Source: Candidatus Omnitrophota bacterium
GTDB taxonomy: Bacteria > Omnitrophota > Gorgyraeia > 1-14-0-20-64-10
Length of the DNA: 64,000 nt
NCBI GenBank assembly: GCA_016177405.1
Contig: JACOVG010000024.1
Location: 71,079-135,078 of the forward strand
Direction of reading: 5' to 3'
The translations under genes and the position numbers were made by a program. Positions 57,544 through 64,000 of the stretch are shown here, piece after piece; position 1 is the stretch's first letter; every line of letters starts with the position of its first letter. The notes beneath the pieces are model-generated. The model saw nothing but the letters and a program-made list of their open reading frames with translations, was not told the DNA's origin and did no database searches.

Positions 57544-58762
57544 GGGATTAAGGTACGAGCTCTCCCGCGTGGGGAGCCTGGCGAAGGTGGTGACCCCTCC
57601 CTACGACATCATCTCGCCCGAGGGCCAGCGGAGGCTCTACCGCCTTCATGCGCACAACTTCGTCCGGGTGGTTTTCGGCCGGGGTTACGCGCGGGATCAC
57701 TCCCAGAACAACCGCTACGCGCGGGCCCGCCAGACACTCCAGCGCTGGGTGGACCAGGGGATCTTGAAGGAGGATTCCGCCGCCAGCGTCTATCCCTATC
57801 TTCAGGAGTATCGCCTGGGGGGCAAGACCCATCGGCGGTGGGGAATGATCGCCCTGGTGCGATTGGATTCTCCGGGCATCTACCCGCACGAGAGGACGCG
57901 GCGGGCGCCCAAGCAGGACCGGATCCGTCTGCTGGCCGCGGCGCGCGCCTCCTTGAGCCCGATCTTCGGATTGATCCCTGACCGGAGGAAGGCTTACGGG
58001 AGAATGATCCGTCAAGCTTGCCGGAGCCAAGCCCCTGTGGGCACGGCCCGGCTGGACGGGGTGCGGCACGTCCTTTGGAGGGTTTCCGACCCGCGCCGGA
58101 TTTCCGAGCTTAAGAATTTCTTGAAATCGAAGGATCTTGTGATCGCGGATGGCCACCACCGCTTCGAGGCCGCCCTGCATTACCAGAGGCGCCGGGCCCG
58201 GCATGACCGAAGCTCCGGACCGCCGGCCCCCTACCGCTACGCCATGTTTTATTTGGCCTCGGCGGGCTCGGAAGAGCCGGGCCTCCTGCCGACCCACCGG
58301 CTGATGATCCGGGCGGGGCGGAAAAGGATCGCCCGGCTCCTGGACGATTTGAAGAGCCATGGACAGGTCCAGGCGGGGCTGTCTGTGGAAGGGCTTTCCT
58401 CCAGGCTCGCCCATTCGGCGCGCCGGGGCAAGGTGGCGATCGGGTTGTGGGCGTCCCAGGGCCGGCGGGGCTATCTTCTGACGCCCAACTCCTCTCTTCC
58501 GGCCTCCTCCTTGGATGTGGAGTGGCTGCACCACCAAATTCTGCCCCGGTGGATGGGAGCAAGAAGCGAGCCGGTCTTCACCCAGGATCTTCAGGCGGCC
58601 CTGCGCCGGGTTCGGAGGATGCCCGCGTCGGCCCTGTTTGTGATGCAGCCCCCCCGGCTGAACCAGGTTTTCTCCCGGGCGAGGGAAGGCCGGAGGATGC
58701 CGGGGAAAACCACCTACTTCTATCCCAAGCCGCTGGCCGGCCTGGTGGAGTACAAATTTTAG
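57521..58762 (+). CDS. DUF1015 family protein
   Basis: PPYDII, PHE, IADGHHR and KTTYFYPK motifs. Confidence 0.88.
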   Translation: MPVIAPFKGLRYELSRVGSLAKVVTPPYDIISPEGQRRLYRLHAHNFVRVVFGRGYARDHSQNNRYARARQTLQRWVDQGILKEDSAASVYPYLQEYRLGGKTHRRWGMIALVRLDSPGIYPHERTRRAPKQDRIRLLAAARASLSPIFGLIPDRRKAYGRMIRQACRSQAPVGTARLDGVRHVLWRVSDPRRISELKNFLKSKDLVIADGHHRFEAALHYQRRRARHDRSSGPPAPYRYAMFYLASAGSEEPGLLPTHRLMIRAGRKRIARLLDDLKSHGQVQAGLSVEGLSSRLAHSARRGKVAIGLWASQGRRGYLLTPNSSLPASSLDVEWLHHQILPRWMGARSEPVFTQDLQAALRRVRRMPASALFVMQPPRLNQVFSRAREGRRMPGKTTYFYPKPLAGLVEYKF

Positions 58763-58765
58763 CCC

Positions 58766-59608
58766 ATGGCCCTCTTTGGAAAGCCCAAGTACACCGTGGT
58801 CCGGGTCAAGAAGCGGGAGATGCCGGAGGGGCTCTGGACCAAGTGCGAGGATTGCTCCGAGATTATCTACAACAAGGTCTTGGAGGAGAACCTGAAGGTT
58901 TGCCCCAAGTGCCAGTACCATTTCACCCTGGGGGCGCACGAGAGGATTCAGCAGATCGTTGACAGCGGCACCTTTCAGGAGTTTGATGCCCAGCTGCGCT
59001 CCGTGGACCCGCTGGAGTTCAAGGGGCCCAAGACCTACCGGCAGAAGCTTCAGCTCGATCAGGCCGCGACCGGTTTGTCCGAGGCGGCCGTGATGGGGGA
59101 GGGAAAGATTGACGGACGGCGCTCGGTGGTGGGGGTGACCGACTCCCGGTTCATCATGGGCTCCATGGGTTCGGTGGTGGGCGAGAAGGTGACCCGCGCC
59201 ATCGAGCGCGCGATGCGCGGCAAGATCCCCCTGGTGATCGTCTCGGGCTCGGGGGGCGGGGCCCGCATGTACGAGGGGATGTTCTCCCTGATGCAGATGT
59301 CGAAGACCTCGGTGGCCCTGGCCGGTCTTCACGAGGCCGGGGTGCCGTTTGTCTCGGTCTTGACCGATCCCACCATGGCCGGCGTCATGGCGAGCTACGC
59401 CTCGCTGGGCGATGTGATCATGGCAGAGCCCCGCGCCCTGATCGGCTTCACCGGCCCGCGGGTGATTGAGCAGACGATCCGGCAGCGTTTGCCGGAAGGG
59501 TTCCAGCGTTCGGAATTTCTCCTGGAGCACGGCCTCATCGATCAGGTGGTTCACCGCAAGCAGCTTAAAAGCACCTTGAGCTTGCTCTTTTCGTATCTCA
59601 CGCCTTAG
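58766..59608 (+). CDS. accD: Acetyl-CoA carboxylase carboxyltransferase beta subunit
   Basis: GLWTKC..C zinc finger, GSMGSVVGEK, GGARM and GFTGPRVIEQT motifs. Confidence 0.95.
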   Translation: MALFGKPKYTVVRVKKREMPEGLWTKCEDCSEIIYNKVLEENLKVCPKCQYHFTLGAHERIQQIVDSGTFQEFDAQLRSVDPLEFKGPKTYRQKLQLDQAATGLSEAAVMGEGKIDGRRSVVGVTDSRFIMGSMGSVVGEKVTRAIERAMRGKIPLVIVSGSGGGARMYEGMFSLMQMSKTSVALAGLHEAGVPFVSVLTDPTMAGVMASYASLGDVIMAEPRALIGFTGPRVIEQTIRQRLPEGFQRSEFLLEHGLIDQVVHRKQLKSTLSLLFSYLTP

Positions 59609-59626
59609 TCAAAAGCGGGGGAGCTT

Positions 59627-60733
<1,107 letters not shown>

Positions 60734-60737
60734 GCTT

Positions 60738-62066
60738 TTGCTGCATCCGGCGTGGCCCTGGCTCATCCAGGCGGCTTTTCCCCTCGTCACGGCGGCGTGG
60801 CTCGGCGCGGATCGTCCGTTTTTGGCGCTGGGGCTGGCGGTGGTTTTTTCCCTCTCGTTCCTCCTCGTTTCCCTCTCCAGCCAGAATCTTTCCTTGGCGT
60901 GGGTTGCCCTGGAGCTGATGGCTCTGGCTTTCATCCTTCGCTCGGGGTGCGCCTTCTGGCGCAAGCGGCTGCGCCATGAAGAGCTTCAGGCCGACCACTT
61001 GGAGGAGGAGGTGCACACCCTGGAGGGGGAGTTGGCTCGCCTGAAGGATCACGAGAGCGGTTTGGAGGTTCGCTCGAGGCGCTACCTCCTTTTGAGGAGG
61101 GCGGCCAACACCCTGGGCTCCGTCCTCGCCCTGGAGGATCTCCTGGCCGCGATCGGTGAGGAGCTTGGAAACTTGATCCAGGGGGCGGATCGTGTCTTGG
61201 TGTATCTGATGGAGCCGGAAAACCTGACCCTGGAGCTCAAGTCGGTTTGGCAGCGGGGCGAGCGCGTGACGATCAAGGCCAAAACCGGAGACCCCTTCGA
61301 TGGGTGGGTGATGCGGCAGGCGCAGCCCCTGTTGGTGGAGGAGCCCTCCTCGGATTTTCGATTCCCCCGCGATGTGGCCCGGCAGGTGGGCCGCCCGCTG
61401 GGGGCCCTCATGAGCGTTCCCCTGATGACGAGCCAGCGCGTGACGGGCGTTCTCCGGGTGGAGTCGGACACGACGCGGGGGCTGTCCTCCGATGATCTTC
61501 GCCTGTGCCACATCGTGGCGGATTTGGCCACCCTGGGGATTGAGAACAGCCGGCTCTACCAACGGACGGCGCAACTGGCTGCCACGGACGACCTGACCCG
61601 ATTGGCCCTGCGAAAGGTTTTTGAGGAACGGTTGGATCGGGCGCTTCAGGAATCCTCCCCGGGGAATCGGCCGGTTTCGGTTCTGATGATCGACATCGAT
61701 CACTTCAAGGCCTACAACGATTCCTTTGGCCACACCGCCGGCGACAAGCTGCTGAAGCGTTTGGGGGAGATGGTGTCGGCGGCGGCCCGCGCGCGGGATC
61801 TGGCGGCCCGCTACGGCGGCGAGGAATTCGTCCTGCTGCTGGCCGGATGCTCCGGCCAGGAGGCCGCCCAGCGGGCTGAAGCGCTGCGCTCCCGCGTGGA
61901 GGCCGTCGAGCTTACGATGAGGCGCGTTCAAACCAAGACCACCGTTTCCATCGGTGTGGCGACCTCGCCGCAGGATGGAACCACGCCGGAGCTTCTGATG
62001 CGGCGGGCGGACGAGAGGCTCTACAGGGCCAAGGCTTCCGGGAGGAATCAGGTATGCGCGGGGTAA
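60738..62066 (+). CDS. Membrane GAF + GGDEF diguanylate cyclase
   Basis: N-terminal TM segments, coiled coil, GAF domain, DIDHFK and RARD...YGGEEF motifs. Start uncertain. Confidence 0.88.
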   Translation: MLHPAWPWLIQAAFPLVTAAWLGADRPFLALGLAVVFSLSFLLVSLSSQNLSLAWVALELMALAFILRSGCAFWRKRLRHEELQADHLEEEVHTLEGELARLKDHESGLEVRSRRYLLLRRAANTLGSVLALEDLLAAIGEELGNLIQGADRVLVYLMEPENLTLELKSVWQRGERVTIKAKTGDPFDGWVMRQAQPLLVEEPSSDFRFPRDVARQVGRPLGALMSVPLMTSQRVTGVLRVESDTTRGLSSDDLRLCHIVADLATLGIENSRLYQRTAQLAATDDLTRLALRKVFEERLDRALQESSPGNRPVSVLMIDIDHFKAYNDSFGHTAGDKLLKRLGEMVSAAARARDLAARYGGEEFVLLLAGCSGQEAAQRAEALRSRVEAVELTMRRVQTKTTVSIGVATSPQDGTTPELLMRRADERLYRAKASGRNQVCAG

Positions 62067-63256
62067 GATTTCTTCTCCCGGCGGCCTGGCTCTTGATGCT
62101 GGGGGCCGTCTTTTTGGCTCCGGAAAAGTCCGGGCCCTGGCTTTTGGCTCTGGTTTTGCCGATGGCCGGGGCCGCCTTCTTCCTTCCCCCGCGCCTGCTG
62201 TGGCTTCTGGCGGCGGCGAGCTCCCTTTCGAGCCTTTACCTGATAAGAGTGGAGCCCCTGCGGGAATGGCTGCCCGCGGCCTGGGTGGCTTACGCGATGG
62301 TCCCTTTTTTTCTTTGGAGGAAAGCGCGCCGGACGGAGGGCGCGCTCGCGGCCTGCGCCAAGCGCCAGAGGCAGCTGTCGGAGTCCAGGGAGCTTCTGCT
62401 TGGCAAGAAGCGGAAGTGGACTTCCACCGCGCGCGGCCAAGAGGAAGGCATCTCGACGATCGTTGAGCTGTACGGGATCTCCAAGAGATTCCTGGCCACC
62501 CTCGACCTGGAGGAGGCGATCCGGATTGCCGAGGAGGTCCTGAAGGCCGAAGGGGCTCATCTGGCCCCGAGCCGGCGCCAGGAGTGTCTGTCGGTTTTGC
62601 GGGAGGATCTGGAGAAGGGGAGGCTTTCGCTTGAGGCGTTGTCCTCTTTGCCGGGGCCCGCGGAGCCGCCGGGGGCGGAGCGTTTTGACATCCTGAAGGG
62701 CCAGCTGGCCATGGGGTTGAGGCGGGTCGGTCTGTATCAGCGGGTTCAGGAATCGGCCACCCACGATTCCCTGACCGGCCTTTGGGTGAGGCGCCATTTC
62801 CTGGAACGGCTGGCCGAAGAGATCGATCGGTCCAGCCGCCGCGAATTGAAGCTCGCCTTTCTCATGGTGGATTTGGATTTCTTCAAGAGGGTGAACGACA
62901 CCTACGGGCATCTGGTCGGGGACGTGGTCTTAAAGGAGGCGGCGCTGCGCCTGCGCCGCTCGGTCCGGGAGATTGATCTGGTGGCGCGCTACGGCGGCGA
63001 GGAATTCGCCCTCGCGCTGCCGGAGGCCAACCGCCTGCTGGGCGTCCAGGTTGCCGAGCGAATCCGGCAGACGATGAGCCAAACGAACGTCCGGGCCTAC
63101 GATGAGCTGATTGGGATGACCGTTTCGGTGGGGGTGGCCATCTTTCCCGATGACGCCCGGACCGTGGAGGATCTGATCGAAGCGGCCGACCAGGCGATGT
63201 ATCGGGCGAAGGCCCTGGGCCGGAATCGAACCGTGGCGGGAGTCAGTCAACTATGA
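62054..63256 (+). CDS. Membrane GGDEF diguanylate cyclase
   Basis: TM segments, DSLTGL, DLDFFK and REID...YGGEEF motifs. Confidence 0.88.
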   Translation: MRGVRFLLPAAWLLMLGAVFLAPEKSGPWLLALVLPMAGAAFFLPPRLLWLLAAASSLSSLYLIRVEPLREWLPAAWVAYAMVPFFLWRKARRTEGALAACAKRQRQLSESRELLLGKKRKWTSTARGQEEGISTIVELYGISKRFLATLDLEEAIRIAEEVLKAEGAHLAPSRRQECLSVLREDLEKGRLSLEALSSLPGPAEPPGAERFDILKGQLAMGLRRVGLYQRVQESATHDSLTGLWVRRHFLERLAEEIDRSSRRELKLAFLMVDLDFFKRVNDTYGHLVGDVVLKEAALRLRRSVREIDLVARYGGEEFALALPEANRLLGVQVAERIRQTMSQTNVRAYDELIGMTVSVGVAIFPDDARTVEDLIEAADQAMYRAKALGRNRTVAGVSQL

Positions 63257-63271
63257 TACATTGCGAAAATC

Positions 63272-64000
63272 ATGCGCACCGTAGCCCGTAGGGCGGTTTT
63301 TGTCGGCGTGGACATCGGGGGCACCTTTCTCAAGGCGGGTCTGGTCCGGGGAAGCCGTCTGCTGCGGGAGGTTTCGATCCCCACGGGGCGCGCGGCCACT
63401 CCCGCGGGAACGGAGTTTTTGGTTTCGGAGGCCTTGGGGCGTTTGGGGGTTTCTTCCGGCGGCGGCGCGGCCGCCGTGGGGGTGGGAATTCCGGGGCTCG
63501 TGCGTTTTCCCGCCGGGGTGGTCGTTTCCTGCGTGAACCTGCCGGGCTGGAAGGAGGTTCCGCTTAAGAAGCGTCTTTCCAGGAGGCTGGGCCTGCCGGT
63601 TTTTGTGGACAACGATGTCAACGTGATGACCCTGGCCGAATGGCGTTATGGCGCCGGCAAGGGGGCGAAAAATCTCGTGGGCGTCACCCTGGGGACCGGC
63701 GTCGGAGGGGGCCTGGTGATCGATGGGAGGTTTTACCGGGGCAGCGGAGGAAGCGCCGGAGAGATCGGGCATCTTCCGCTGGCCGCGGAAGGCCCCGCCT
63801 GCCCGTGCGGGGGCCGCGCTTGCCTGGAGCAGACGGTTGGAAACAAGCAGATTCTGGGCTGGGTCAAGGGTGAGCTGAAGAAGAATCGGCGAAGCAGGAT
63901 CTGGACCCTCATTGGGGATCACCTTGAGGCGCTCACCCCGGAGGTGATCGACCGGGCCTGCCGGGAGGGCGACCCCCTGGCGCGAAAGGCTTGGAGACGC
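63272..64000 (+). CDS. ROK-family sugar kinase (runs off the window end)
   Basis: Manual translation from ATG 63272: GVDIGGT, DNDVN, TLGTGVGGG and GEIGH...CPCG...CLE motifs. Confidence 0.9.
   Translation, partial: MRTVARRAVFVGVDIGGTFLKAGLVRGSRLLREVSIPTGRAATPAGTEFLVSEALGRLGVSSGGGAAAVGVGIPGLVRFPAGVVVSCVNLPGWKEVPLKKRLSRRLGLPVFVDNDVNVMTLAEWRYGAGKGAKNLVGVTLGTGVGGGLVIDGRFYRGSGGSAGEIGHLPLAAEGPACPCGGRACLEQTVGNKQILGWVKGELKKNRRSRIWTLIGDHLEALTPEVIDRACREGDPLARKAWRR

Overview
A high-GC bacterial chromosomal segment, almost entirely + strand. Housekeeping and energy genes include queD/queC-like, sdhCDAB, mqnD, trxB, glpKD, an unusual partial complex I cluster (fused nuoBCD, then I, A, H) among ferredoxin-linked enzymes, miaB/miaA/hflX, CIRCE-hrcA-grpE-dnaK-dnaJ, accD, two diguanylate cyclases and a ROK kinase. 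The standout is a 3419-aa protein (18705-28964) with a predicted signal peptide. It is built from unrelated modules (two HExxH peptidase-like, HEAT/ARM, PfkB kinase plus SAM methyltransferase), each bounded by a Pro-rich linker ending in AGLE(E/K) and encoded by a conserved ~21-bp DNA word. A separate 767-aa protein (6702-9005) has the same GLEE-bracketed layout with a single module. This suggests a family of modular cassette polyproteins; a Ca. Omnitrophota-like host is an inference only. The window also carries several short palindromic repeat families, at least five copies of which sit in frame inside genes, and a 280-bp MITE-like element. No rRNA, tRNA, CRISPR or transposase gene was recognised. 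All calls come from reading motifs by eye; no searches were run.
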